From: Rhynchopus sp. YZ270_cl-10
Lineage: Eukaryota
Assembly: GCA_964035575.1 (NCBI GenBank)
Contig: OZ037833.1
Span: 248,001 to 312,000, forward strand
DNA: 64,000 nucleotides
Reading direction: 5' to 3'
Part shown: positions 11,322-23,985 of the stretch, one piece after another
Layout of the letters: every line of letters begins with the position of its first letter
How positions within the stretch are numbered: position 1 is the first letter of the stretch
Position numbers and translations under genes: made by a program
The notes under the pieces: model-generated
Told to the model about the DNA's origin: nothing
Database searches by the model: none
What the model saw: only the letters and a program-made list of their open reading frames with translations

Positions 11322-12576
11322 GAAAATTAGTGTAGCTACCCAGAGCCGGACTCCATCACTTTTTGTGTTTCGCTTCACAACTTTAGGTATTCTCTCCTTC
11401 ACCTCTGCACCCTATAAGAGAGAGGAGAGGCTGAAAAAGAAACGTGGAGACAACAAAAAGAGAAAAATTCCACCCCACCCCCAACCCCCAAACCCACACA
11501 CCCTCTGGTTAATTCACCTCCCCCACAATACCCCACCCAAAAAAAACACACCAGACCTTTAAAAAAAAATGGGGACAAACAGCCCCCACTCTCCCCATCC
11601 TTTTCCCTTGTTTTTTGTTTTTGTTTTTTTCCGCCTATTTTTTAGGGAAAGAGATAAGCAGATTACTTCCTACTGCGTTTGTTGCTAGCAAACAGTACCC
11701 GCTGGCTTACAACTAGCGCATGGACTAGTGTGACAAAGAACTACGTGGTTCTCTAGAGGAGATCACTGCTGAGGCGGAGACAAGGCGATTACTGCCTTAA
11801 TGATGGATCCGACACGTGCTCCCGTGCTGAAGCGCCATCAAAATATATTGCGATGGTCTTACAGTCCCCGCAGGAGAAAATGCGAACTACGTCAAGGAGA
11901 AGAAATCTCTCAAGGATTTGTAGACCGTACCAGAAACCCAAAACACTTTGCCCTGGAGTGACAGAAATGAGGTGAGAGCATAAGAGTAGCAGGGTGTGTG
12001 AATAAAACGACAATGAGACGGCTTGAATCACTTCCCACCCACAATACTTTGTCCTAAAAGTTGTTTCATATACTATCCACTCTACTGAATAGAAGGTATA
12101 ATAGGGTGCACTAAATGTACCCAAACTTTTTTCTTTACTTTATGTGGATTGTTTGTTTCTGATGAGACTAAAAGTTGAAATACAAAGCCCTCTCATGACA
12201 GTGTACCTTGGGGGGTACCTAGGGGAGAAATTAAAAGCCACCGTTGCAAACGCCTCTGGGACGCAGGCATAAAGCCACCTAAGTGTCTCGCGGGAACTAA
12301 AGGGTTATCGCATTTTTGGGCCACAAAACCCGGACATAGTAATCCCGTTCTTCAAATGTGTGCTCCACAAATATCTGCTCCACTTCTCAAGTTCTGCCTT
12401 GAGACGCTTGTACTCTGCCGCCAACTGCAAGTTCTGAGTGACGATTTTCGTTCATCCGCATCGCCAAGTTGTGCTCCTCCCATATCTTATGCATATCAGC
12501 CTGCAGGTCTTACTGTGTCCGTGCTGCTGGCTCTGCTGGCTGCATCGTCACCGGCACCATCGGCTTCGCCATCATA

Positions 12577-13489
12577 TCATGCGTCAACTTCTTCTATTCC
12601 ACTGTCGACAACGATGTGCACGTTGCTAGGAAGCCGTCCAGCCAAAGTGACTGCTTGCATGCTGGTGAGGTGAACGGTCGACAACGTCGTGCAACCATCT
12701 AGGAACCAGTCCCCAATCGAAGTGACTGCTTTCATGCCGGTGAAATCAATAGTCGACAACGTCGCGCAATTATATAAGAAGCCGATCCCGATCGAAGTGA
12801 CTGCTTTCATGCCTGTGAGGTCAACAGTCGACAACGTCGTGCAATTAGATAAGAAGTCGTTCCCGATCGAAGTGACTGCTTTTCATGCCGGTGAAATCAA
12901 CAGTCGACAACATCGTGCAATTAGATAAGAAGCCGTTCCCGATCGAAGTGACTGCTTGCATGCCTGAGAGCTCAACAGTCGACAACATTGTACAGTCAGC
13001 GAGGAACCAGTTCCCAATTGCGGTGACGAAGGGCAACTTTGATAGGTCCAGTATGGTGTCGCAGTGAGGAAGGGAAGTGTCACGAATGTCATCCACAATC
13101 GACACGCAACTGGAACCAATGCACGTTACTGCACTATTCCCGAAGAAGTCATCTGGGATCGCAGTCACAACTTCTGCCTGCAGAAGCAAGGAAGCCACCT
13201 TCGGATCGGTCACCTCCTTCAACCTTTCATCTGTGATGTTGGTCTCACCCAGTGCATGAAGTGCTGCTATGGCCTCGTATTTCGTCGTTTTCGTCAGTAC
13301 TACTTTGTCCCCAGCACTCAGTTCTGTGATGTCCTCCCCTTCCTCCTTCCCTCCGAAGCCCATATGAAAGCTGTCTTCGGCCAACCCCGTTGCTGTCGCC
13401 ACCTTCCGACGCAGGGCCTCCGTTGTGTCATCCTCACCCACCTCAATCACATGCTTCGTTTCGTCATAGCCCTGTATCGTCACATCCAT
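12577..13489 (-). pseudogene. Ubl-LRR copy 2 (5 repeats), frameshifted by one extra base at ~12880-12883
   Basis: gactgcttttcatg here versus gactgctttcatg in sister repeats. ORFs 12845-13675 and 12577-12834 join into one gene ending VVDSGIEEVDA. Confidence 0.8.
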
Positions 13490-13910
13490 TATTTGTGTGT
13501 CTCTCTGTTTGTGGTGTTGTGGGATCAGGGAAGAAACAGGGAACCCAACTCCCCCACGGAATCGCCAACTAGTTGCTCTATGACCACACGCAGACATATG
13601 GCACTTTGCTATGAAGTCGTCCAGCCGAAATATGTGCAATGGTGTGTTCAAGTTCTTTTTTTTTAAAGGCGACACGGTTTGGAGAGGGTGAGTGAGTTAC
13701 GTATTTTTATTTTTTTGCCGTGCCTCCCTATAAAGGGCACGTTGTGTGTATCTGCACCTTCACACCCACAACTCTCCCAGACAAAACGCTCTGCAACAAC
13801 ACAGCGCATAGGGAGTTGCTACCCAGTGGTCTTACATCATGCAGAGCAATCAAAAGACTGACACTCTAAAATGCCTCCCCCTCCCACGGGCATATAATAA
13901 TAACATATTA

Positions 13911-14866
13911 TATATCAGTCAATAACTGAACCACCGGGACATTTCTCCCAAGGTTCGTTGAACAAAAAACTGATCGTCAAAAAAAATTGTCCGACCCCGC
14001 AATTGAAAGATTTTGAGCAGCGGAATGCAAAGAAATAAAAATAAAAATAAAATAAATTTTTTTTTGAACTCCAGATTGGTGAATCCCAAAAAGTCGAAAA
14101 TGAATTGCATGAATGCGACCCACCGAAATTTTTTTTTAAAAAAATTTAAAACCCTGCGGGGATGGATTTCCGAGTCGATATCTTTTAATTGCGGGGTCGC
14201 ACGATTTCTGGAAATGAGTAGAAGTTAAAAATTCTTCTGTACATGGGTAGTTGTGGCTGTACACCGTGGAAAACGGCGTACAGCCAGTCTAAACTGACAC
14301 ATACATTTTAGGTCAAAAATACTCATTTCTGAGCGCAAAGTGACGCCATCACAGCAGGCACAGACTCCCGAGAACCGAAAAAAAAAATTTTTTTTCCCGA
14401 TTTTTTGTAGGCAAAAAATGGCCACCAACCAGTACCCCTTCAGACTTCCCTTAAGACTTTGTACAGAGAGCCCCCCACACAAAAACCAGGTTCCAGGGGG
14501 GTCAGGAGGGTGGCTGCGTAACAGTGAGGATCACTTTTTTTTCTTTGTCAAAAGTGATATTTTGACTGTTTTGCACGATCTGAATCCATTCGAACAGTTT
14601 TTTTTGAATTTTGAGGATTTTTTTGTAAAATACTACCGCCCAGGCTTATACCTGAAAACCGGAAAAACTGGTTTTGGTCGAGGCCCTCACACATCTGAGG
14701 TGAACCAACGACATCAAAAGTTTTCAAAACTCAGCGGGGATGGGTTTCCGAGTCGATATCTTTTAATTGCGGGGTCGGACAATTTTTTTTGACGAGTAGA
14801 AATTAAAAAATTTTCTGTACAAAAACGGAAAAAAGTCCCGGTGGCTCAATTATTGACTGATATATA
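13911..14866. mobile_element. Non-autonomous TIR element (~950 bp) in a TA-rich target, Tc1/mariner-like MITE
   Basis: TIR tatatcagtcaataa.tga.ccaccgggac at both ends; subterminal inverted repeat tcgtcaaaaaaaattgtccgaccccgcaatt; internal ~85-bp direct repeat (14157 and 14735). Confidence 0.75.
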
Positions 14867-14944
14867 ATTAAGACTTTTGTAACCATGACTCTTGTGAAGC
14901 CAGATGTAAATCTGAGGAAACACAACAGTGCTAAAATGCTACTT

Positions 14945-16675
14945 CTAGGAACACATCTGAGAGCAGCACACAACACTGCACGTCCCAGAAGGAACTGCTT
15001 GTGCTGGTGTACCAACCCCTCCCGCAGCTGTCCATGCCATAGCAACGTCAAGGTCAGACTGCTCACCACGCAGGTACCCACGCACCACTGTGTTGTACTT
15101 GTCCCAATGCTTCCCACCTATAGTGTACATCCACTCGTCAACTGCTCCTGCTGAAGTACTTAGCTGAGCCATCACTTCTGCCACAACCTGTGCCTCACAG
15201 CCAGAGGCAACCTCCACCTTGCACGGAAGCAGACGCAGCTGGTGTTCGCACTCAGCATCGCTGAAGCACATCCTGTTGCATACCACATCACACCCCAGCA
15301 TACGCCCCGCACGTTCCAGCCCGTTCACATCACGCACAAGCTCCCCCACCATGCTGAACCGACGCATCACCTCACAACCCATGTCACCACGCAGCACCTT
15401 CCCAGTCGCAACACCAGCATTCACCTTCTCACAAAAGCTGCTCGCACCCTTCAGAAGCAGGCTTGCTGCGTGCAGTGCAGATGTGGCATGTGTCGCACAC
15501 TGCTTTGAGGCGTTGAACGAACAGTGGATCCTGTCCCCGATGAACACGTCCACCATTCCACGTCTTGTCTCTGTTGCCTGCAGGGTCTTCAGGAGGAGAG
15601 TGGTGAAGAAGGAGGAGTAGGTCGCACTGTCCTTCTCCAGCAAATGCAGGGTGTCCTTCACGTTCAGTGTCAGCAGGGTTGTCTTTACTGAGGACAGACC
15701 CAGTGGCAGGCACACTGGCATGGTCTCGAGTCTGCAATGTGAGGACTCTGTAGATTTACCTGAGCTCTCTGTCACGTCGTCCTCTTCACCATCTGATTGC
15801 ATGTCCACCTCGTCCACCTCATCCTCAAACGGCAGACACGTCTTCGGGAGGTACGCTTTGTACATGCGCAGGTTCTTCTCCAGTCTCCACAGGGCAGAAG
15901 TCATCCCCTCAGGCAGGTCACCCCCATGCACGTCCAGCATCTCCGCCACCTGCTCCACGTCGTACCCCGCAAGAAGCGACGCAATCTCCTGCACAACGCT
16001 GATCGTGCGCCGCATTGACTCCTGCTCCTTCAGCACATTGTGCGCAAACCTGCGTGTCACGAAGAAGTCCATCAGGAAGACAAAAAGAGTGGAAACGGAG
16101 CCACGCGGGGGAAATGGTGTCTTGCAGGGCAGGAACTCGCAGTCTGTCTTTTCTAGAATCAGCGCTCTCCTGCTGTGTTCACCTTCGTACGGCAATAACC
16201 CAGGAAGGTCAAACAAGCCAAACCTGAAGGATTCCTCACATGCCATTAGACACAACCACATCACTGTCGCACACACGAACCATGCACTGTACCGTTCTGC
16301 CACTTGCATCACAAGCAACATGTCCACAACCAGGATCAGAAATGGCCAGCCCAGTATACCATGAGTGCGCGCCTGCAGATCCCACATGAAGACTCCAATG
16401 CCAGAGACGTAGAGCATGCCCACCACAAACGCGGTGTGCAGTTGCTGCTTGCAGAGCACCTTAACGATGGCAACAAACGCAGCTATCACGATTATGCCAG
16501 ACCCAACTTCGTTAACAATCCGGTGTTTCACGTCGATCCTCCCTTGATTAAAAGAAGACACCATCAGCGTCGCAACCACCGACACCACAGAAAACCCAAA
16601 CATGATGGTGCGCTTCTTCGCCTCATCAGCACTGAGAGACCCGTCAATGGTCAGCGCGCTGTTCAGGCACCGCAT
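14945..16675 (-). CDS. Multi-pass membrane protein with degenerate class III adenylate/guanylate cyclase-like domain
   Basis: About six hydrophobic segments, then cyclase motifs GMVDVFIGDRIHCSFN, VNAGVATGKVLRGDMG and RRFSMVGELV. ATG at 16675. Confidence 0.8.
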   Translation of the reverse strand: MRCLNSALTIDGSLSADEAKKRTIMFGFSVVSVVATLMVSSFNQGRIDVKHRIVNEVGSGIIVIAAFVAIVKVLCKQQLHTAFVVGMLYVSGIGVFMWDLQARTHGILGWPFLILVVDMLLVMQVAERYSAWFVCATVMWLCLMACEESFRFGLFDLPGLLPYEGEHSRRALILEKTDCEFLPCKTPFPPRGSVSTLFVFLMDFFVTRRFAHNVLKEQESMRRTISVVQEIASLLAGYDVEQVAEMLDVHGGDLPEGMTSALWRLEKNLRMYKAYLPKTCLPFEDEVDEVDMQSDGEEDDVTESSGKSTESSHCRLETMPVCLPLGLSSVKTTLLTLNVKDTLHLLEKDSATYSSFFTTLLLKTLQATETRRGMVDVFIGDRIHCSFNASKQCATHATSALHAASLLLKGASSFCEKVNAGVATGKVLRGDMGCEVMRRFSMVGELVRDVNGLERAGRMLGCDVVCNRMCFSDAECEHQLRLLPCKVEVASGCEAQVVAEVMAQLSTSAGAVDEWMYTIGGKHWDKYNTVVRGYLRGEQSDLDVAMAWTAAGGVGTPAQAVPSGTCSVVCCSQMCS

Positions 16676-17714
16676 CGTTGCTTTTTTGATGCTCACAAAC
16701 CTTTGCTATGCAGCAGGGGGTGTGTGGATGTGTGTACACTGGGGTGGGTGGTGTGGTTAACGGGGTAATACTCCTCGAGGCTTTTTGAAAAATATTGTTC
16801 CACCGCTCAAACACGGTTCCTCTGTTCGGTTTCTTTTTCAAAATGTCGCCTTGCTTCTTCATGCCTCCGCAAATAAAGAACTTGAGGACCAGTGTAAGTA
16901 CTATGCATGGGCGTTGCAGAAGGGAAGGCAGACGGTGAATCTCACGCACCGACACAACCGCGGGTTATCGCACCCCCCGGAGTGGCAGTGCCTGTCAACG
17001 TAAATGTCACATACACAAAGAAAAGACAGTAAGGTTGGGTTGGACGGAATCCAGCCTCTCTGCGCAGCCTCTTGAGGGGTGCTTGTTGCACGCACAGTTG
17101 AGTTAGAAGGTGAGAATGTGTGTTGTTGAATTTTGGAGAGAAAAAAATGGTTCACCTTTTTTGTGAGGACTGCACAAAAAATAAAAAAGGAATACCATAC
17201 AAGCATTGTTAGAATCTCCTACACAAAAAATACCCAGATTTTTTGGGAATAAAAAGTAGCCGGTGCATAGATGACCTAAGGTTCCCATGCTATGCCCAAC
17301 AAAATAAGTACCGCGATTGGAAATATTATGAACCGAATTAAGTACCAAATGTCCCGAAAAAACCTCAAACGTACCATTATTAATTCGGCTGCCGCTCGTG
17401 AACAAATCCATTTCGTGGTTTACAGAGATTTATATACCATAGTAGAACTGAGGCTGAACCTCAGTTTTGAAGAAAAAAAATTTTTTGGGGTGATCTGGGG
17501 TCTTTTTTTTCAAGATTATTCACTAGCCATTCACAAAAATTCACAAAAATTCACAAATATTCACAAAAACCTACACACCCGCGTATCACGTGTTTTTCCG
17601 CCTCGTTGTGAATTTTCGTGAATTTTTGTGTTTTTTTGTGATTTTTTGTGATTTTTTTTGGTTTTTGGTGTGGTGCATAACCGATTACCCGTGTGCCAAC
17701 CAGTTTAAACGACG

Positions 17715-17795
17715 GCATTTGCATTTCCGGAATCCGCCCGGCCAGTGGTGGGGTCAATTTGCCGAAATGGACAAGTTCTCGTTTTTGGTCAATTT
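17715..17795. repeat. Dispersed TE-associated repeat (tttgcatttccggaatccgcccggccagtggtggggtcaatttgccgaaatggacaag)
   Basis: Related copies at 19188-19266, in the 20101-20900 tandem units, and inverted several times at 53520-54170. Confidence 0.7.
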
Positions 17796-18241
17796 CACAG
17801 TATGCACAGTATACACAGTATACACAGTATACACAGTATACACAGTATACACAGTATACACAGTATACACAGTATACACAGTATACACAGTATACACAGT
17901 ATACACAGTATACACAGTATACACAGTATACACAGTATACACAGTATACACAGTATACACAGTATACACAGTATACACAGTATACACAGTATACACAGTA
18001 TACACAGTATACACAGTATACACAGTATACACAGTATACACAGTATACACAGTATACACAGTATACACAGTATACACAGTATACACAGTATACACAGTAT
18101 ACACAGTATACACAGTATACACAGTATACACAGTATACACAGTATACACAGTATACACAGTATACACAGTATACACAGTATACACAGTATACACAGTATA
18201 CACAGTATACACAGTATACACAGTATACACAGTATACACAG
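17796..18241. repeat. Tandem 9-mer satellite (CACAGTATA)n, ~49 copies
   Basis: Directly visible, essentially perfect array. Confidence 0.98.
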
Positions 18242-18250
18242 GGGATTGGG

Positions 18251-18482
18251 AGTACAGTACAGTACAGTACAGTACAGTACAGTACAGTACAGTACAGTAC
18301 AGTACAGTACAGTACAGTACAGTACAGTACAGTACAGTACAGTACAGTACAGTACAGTACAGTACAGTACAGTACAGTACAGTACAGTACAGTACAGTAC
18401 AGTACAGTACAGTACAGTACAGTACAGTACAGTACAGTACAGTACAGTACAGTACAGTACAGTACAGTACAGTACAGTACAG
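18251..18482. repeat. Tandem 5-mer satellite (AGTAC)n, ~46 copies
   Basis: Directly visible perfect array, separated from the 9-mer array by ggggattggg. Confidence 0.98.
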
Positions 18483-19022
18483 AGATCACCCCAATTTTTG
18501 CAGATTTGGAGAAAAAGTTTTTTGCATTTTTTGGGGGAACTGGGTTGCTGACCGACCATGAAATCCCGTACCATACAGGCTGTGCCCAAATTTTTTTTTG
18601 CCTGCGGCGCCATTTTTCCTTTTTTGCTCCGCAAAAAAGGGTTCGTTGAGTGACTCTGTGGTGTAAAAGGCTAGATTTTTACACCGTACCCCTTTCGCCT
18701 GCGGCGCCATATTATATTATTATTTTTTGCTTCGCAAAAAAAATTGAGTCACGTCCTGATATGGGTGAAAATTGCACCCGGGTGCCCTTTTGTGCACTCC
18801 TCCTGAAGGGGTGAAAGGTGCTGTGAATGCTACCTTGCGTACTGGAGTCAGGCATAGTGCATGTGGGACCTGCTGGACCCTAGCCAGTGAAGCCCCCTGG
18901 GCTAGTACAATGATGATACTTCAATCTTAAGTACATTTCTTCAAAAAAGCCCCTCCGTGCCTCCTCAGGAATAGCAACCTCACTTTTTTTGCACTTTTGG
19001 TAAGGAAAAAAATCGTATATAA

Positions 19023-20955
19023 AGGGGGGGTCCAAATAACTATATTATTCGGTAACTTTGAAAAGCCAAAATCGCGGCAAAAAAAAAAAGTTATTTGGAA
19101 CCTAAGTTATTTGGGGGTAAACTTATTTGGGCACTGAAAACAGGGTTTTTTCTCGTTGCCAACTTGGTGAAGCTTTTAGACACCGGTATTTGCATTTTTG
19201 GAATCCGTCCGGCCAGTGGCGGGGTCAATTTGCCAAAATGGACAAGTTCTCGTTTTTGATCAATTTCCTCGTAGTACACAGTAGCAGGACAGCACCAGAG
19301 GTCGGGGGTTGGGGGTCCAAAAGTCGGGAGTCGGCGGGAGGGTCAACTCTTATTTTCTGTTTTCCTGTTTTGTAGTTTGGTAAAGACCCCAGAAGACCCG
19401 ACCGCCCGAATGATGATGCTGCTTTAAATCTGTTTCGCCCCAGACTTCCTTCTCCAGCGTGGCTGCCGCCTAGATGATTATATCTGTGGTGTAAAAAACT
19501 AGCTTTTTACACCGTACCATAAAATTTTTTCGCCTGCGGCGCCATTTTATATAGTACACTATCAGTTTGGGGGAAAATTTTGAAAAATAAAAAAGGAGGT
19601 GAGAGGGGGCGAAGTTATTCGGTAACTTTTTCGGCACCCAAAATCTGAGAAAAAAACAAGTAATTGCTATCGGAAAAAAAACGGGGTGTGATGTGGAACT
19701 CCATCCTGAAAAGAAATACTCTACAACACGCCCAGCATCTGAAACGTTCAAGAAGGGGGGGCTGTCCTCTTCATCCAGCACCACCGTGTTCCAGCTCGTT
19801 TTTGTCCACAGGCTCCCCACATTGTCGTCGTCGTTGGAGCAGTGCGGAAGGAACACAGAATGCACAGACTACAACACATCGATCACACCAGGCACATCAG
19901 CACCTCCAGCAAATCGCCAGGATGCTACGGTGGTTTCGAAAATCACGCGGAGTTTTCCACAGCACACCCCGCTTTTTTCTTAGCAATTAGTTGTTCTTGT
20001 TGGTATTGTTATTTTCAACCACCTTCCTTCAACCCTTGTAGGGATCAGTTGTTATTTTTTTCGCGAAAACATGAAATTATACATTTCAAGAGAACAAATT
20101 AAAAAGGGTCCTTATTTGCATTTTTGGGCTCCGCCCGTGCAGTGGTGGGGTCCATCTCGAAAATTGGACAATTTTTGACCACTGAAATTTTGAGAAATAT
20201 GAGCCCGGTTGCTTTTTCGTGGGGCCCATTTTTGGCTAAAATTTTCCTCAAAATCAGGTTTTGTAAAATTGACCCTTTACTCCCCCCCCACATCGATTTC
20301 AATACTATACCTTACTTCACCTACGGTTGCCCTTACAGGGGGGGTGAAGGAAGGTAAGTTGAAAAAGGGTCCTTATTTGCATTTTTGGGCTCCGCCCGTG
20401 CAGTGGTGGGGTCAATCTCGAAAATTGGACAATTTTTGACCACTTAAATTTTGAGAAATATGAGCCCGGTTGCTTATACGTGGGGCCCATTTTTGGCTAA
20501 AATTTTCCTCAAAATCAGGTTTTGTAAAATTGACCCTTTACCCCCCCCCCCCCCCCCACATCGATTTCAATACTATACCTTACTTCACCTACGGTTGCCC
20601 TTACAGGGGGGGTGAAGGAAGGTAAGTTGAACAAATTAAAAAGGGTCCTTATTTGCATTTTTGGGCTCCGCCCGTGCAGTGGTGGGGTCCATCTCGAAAA
20701 TTGGACAATTTTTGACCACTTAAATTTTGAGAAATATGAGCCCGGTTGCTTTTTCGTGGGGCCCATTTTTGGCTAAAATTTTCCTCAAAATCAGGTTTTG
20801 TAAAATTGACCCTTTACTCCCCCCCCACATCGATTTCAATACTATACCTTACTTCACCTACGGTTGCCCTTACAGGGGGGGTGAAGGAAGGTAAGTTGAA
20901 AAGTTATTTGGGAAAATAGCTATTATTCGGGGGTAAACTTATTTGGGCCCCCCCT
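19023..20955. mobile_element. Non-autonomous TIR element (~1.9 kb), possibly Kolobok-like
   Basis: Ends a-ggggggg-tccaaataa and ttatttggg-ccccccc-t; flanks ataa (left) and ttaa (right). Superfamily inferred only from the TTAA-like target and AG terminus. Confidence 0.55.
20101..20900. repeat. Three tandem copies of a ~265-bp unit
   Basis: aaaaagggtccttatttgcatttttgggctccgcccgtgcagtgg... starts at ~20101, ~20362 and ~20638. An inverted fragment of the unit is at 26338-26398. Confidence 0.95.
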
Positions 20956-21184
20956 TTAAATCCCTGGTGGTTTACATCTGAAAAAAAAAAAAAGATACAT
21001 CTTGGTTAGAGGGAGGGTTCGCTAGTTAGAAGAACCCTTTGGGAAATGTATTGGAGAAGAGATAAAAAGGAAGAAAAGAAAACTTGAAAGATTGAATCGA
21101 TCGCATCTTTGTAGAGTCTCGTGTACACCATCTTAGAACACTGAGTCAGTGTGTGTACGTCTCAAAGCAGGGGAAATGGTGTAA

Positions 21185-22891
21185 CTAACTTGACGGCAGC
21201 GACGCACGTCTCACCCTCCTCCTCCTCTGCAGCTCCTTCAGCAAGACCGTAGCCTGTTTTTTTTGTTGCATTTTTAAATTAGTATGAATTGATGCAATTT
21301 ATTTGCAAAAATCTTGAAAAAGGCTTCAGTAAAAGGGATCTAATATGACAGACGACGGACCAAAAAAAAAAAAAAAAAAAACTCATCATTTTGATCATAC
21401 CTGCGTCGACGACACATGCCCGTTTTCTTGCCCCCATTCGAGAAGATCGGAGACCTCTGCTGCAGCCTCGCCGTGCGCATCAGCAGTTCTACACAGCGTA
21501 TCACACACCCCATGGAACGAGATGTGCATCGTACCCTTCTGCTGCACAAACGGCTCACCATCGATCTGCATTGCCAGCGGCTCTGACGTCGCCAGCCGCA
21601 CCTCCTTACAACGCGCCACTGCGATCCCCGAGGCCAGACCCAACTGGATCTGTGTCAAATGCAGCACACCCGTCACCGCCACAACCTCCACGAGACCGTC
21701 ACTCCGGTCCACCGCACCCTCCCCTGCCCACAGCCCATTCGCGCCCCCACCATAGGACCCGATGTTCGCGACCACGACTCCTCGGGTGCCCTCGGGGAGC
21801 TGCACCTCCTCCTCGTCGCAGAAGAGCGACAGCTTGCCGTGGAGACGTGTGTTCGTCTTCGCCTCGGGGGTGACGGCAGTGCTGCGGAGCTGCGTGAGAA
21901 AGGCGTTGATGCCGTGGTGTGCGTACCAGAATTTGTTCATGATGCGTGAGAAGAAGACGCCAGGGCTGTGCTTGCGGTGTCGGTGAAAGCGGAGCGCTAC
22001 CTCAGCATCTGCCCCCACAGAGACGTAGTTGGTCCAGTGCTGCAGTGGGAGTTGTCCGCTGTCGGCTGTGACCGCCCATCTGTCGAGGGGCTCGATGTGC
22101 CCTTCCGCCACCTGCCCGAGAATGTCTGCGACGCTCTCACCCTCCCACCCGCCCCCCCACCCCAGGACACGTGCCAAATCGTTTCCGGTGCCAAGTGGCA
22201 TAATCGCAACCGGTGCAGCAACCCCCTCCTCCTCCAAAGCACCCAGCACCCATCCCACAGTCCCATCGCCGCCGCAGACCAGAACAGCAAAGCGTGGAAG
22301 CTTTTTGAACTCGGCGATGGCAGTGGCAGGTTTGGTGCGTGCAAGGTCGCAGACTTGAGAAGGGTGTAGAAGGCGTCTGTGGGGTTGTTAAATAAAGAAA
22401 AATGTTAAAGACCTTACGTACAGAATCCGCAACCCAACTTAGAAAAACAACCAAAAGAGAACATACTTGAGCTGCCGCATCAGCACTATGCCTTGCCCAC
22501 CGCCGCTCTTGGAGTTTACGAAGACGAGCACAGGGCGTTGCCCTGGGGGGAGGTCGAATGCAGCAGCACTGTCACCACCAGTGGACAGCGATGTTGGCGA
22601 CATGGGTGTTTTATTGCGCCGAGTCTTATTGCGTACGAGGCTGCTGATACGTGACGTCAGTGATGCTGGCGGGCGTGCATGCTGCAGGTCCATCTGCGCC
22701 GCCACAGCTGCAGGCAGCAGCAGGCGCCCATGCCGTGATGCCTTTAGCATGGCCCTGTAGTCCGCATCGTGCTCGCGCTGCTCCTCGTCCTCCTTCGTCA
22801 GAAGCAGGATCCACATTGCCCCCAGAGTGCCAAGTAGCACCCCAAGCACAACCTGCAGTACTGTCGTCTCTCCGACCTCAGCCATGTCCAT
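21185..22891 (-). CDS. DGK: Diacylglycerol kinase, 3 exons (22891-22467, 22376-21401, 21253-21185), N-terminal TM anchor, no C1 domains seen
   Basis: PVLVFVNSKSGGGQG, VLVCGGDGTVGWV, PLGTGNDLARVLGWG, NYVSVGADA, NIGSYGGG, MQIDGEPF. GT-AG introns 22466-22377 (90 nt) and 21400-21254 (147 nt) give in-frame joins ending Q|ATVLLKELQRRRRVRRASLPSS*. Confidence 0.92.
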
Positions 22892-23985
22892 TGTGGAGGG
22901 TAATTCTTCTGTAAGGGGTGTGTTGTGGAGATTAGTTGGTCGAAAAAAATATTGCCATTTTTGCCTGAAATAAGAGGGGGAGTTTTTAGTGGAATTTTGG
23001 TGGTGTTTGATGGGATTAAAACCACTTTTTAACACCACCAAAGTTCAGGCAAAATCAGGTGGGTCAACCAAAAAATAATAGCTATCTCACCCACACAGGA
23101 AAACGGGAAACGAAATAGGGGGAAGAGTTTGTTAGGTGCGCCATGTAATCTAAAATTGGACACCAAATTGGGGAATTTTCAAGGAAATCCACTAGACCCC
23201 ATTTGCATTTGAATGCTTGTATTGTGTGCTCAACTACCTCCTTTGCACCCTTTGCCATCCAAAGAAAAAGCGTCATAACAGATAACTAAAGAATCTACAC
23301 AGTGAGTATTGGAGATAGAGTTGCAATGAAAAGAAACACAGAAACGTGGAGGATCACAAAAATGGCCTATGATGTGGCACCCAAACAGTCAATTTTGGGT
23401 ACCATATTCGTAAAAATGTTCGACCGTAAAAAAGGTCTTTCCAGAAAAATATTGAAAAGGTCGAATATTACGAACACGGTACTTCATGTTTGGGGTTTTT
23501 TGAACGTGCCACACCAAATAAGTACTGCACTTAGTGCATATCGGAAAAGTTGTGAGGATTCAGACAACAAGAATACATAATATATTGATATTATCTATGG
23601 GGGGAAAACATCTAAAATAGAAAGAAGAATCGAAAAACGCGGATTCCATCACAATCACACACACACACACACACAGCTGAGCAACTCTAAGCAACACATT
23701 CATAGTCATAGGAAAAGCTTCATACAAACACCCCCCTCCCACATCCCCCTCCACGGTGGTCTCAGGTGTGACCAGGTATTTGCTGGTCACATTATAATCC
23801 CACAGTGACCAGGTCAAATCAAAAAATACCCGGTCTATATATTGCGTCGTTATGTGACCAGGGTATCCTGTGACCTCTCCCTACCTGAGAATCTACTGAA
23901 TTATATTTTTTCCACCAAAAAAAAGAAAAGTTTATAAGATGACCCTAAGCCTCTCTGTGCTTACCTTGAAAATATAAACTCCTTC

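Noticed and set aside
17551..18649. Long ORFs of YTV/QYS/CIL/HSI repeats
   Set aside because: Artefacts of stop-free 9-mer and 5-mer satellites, open in all frames.
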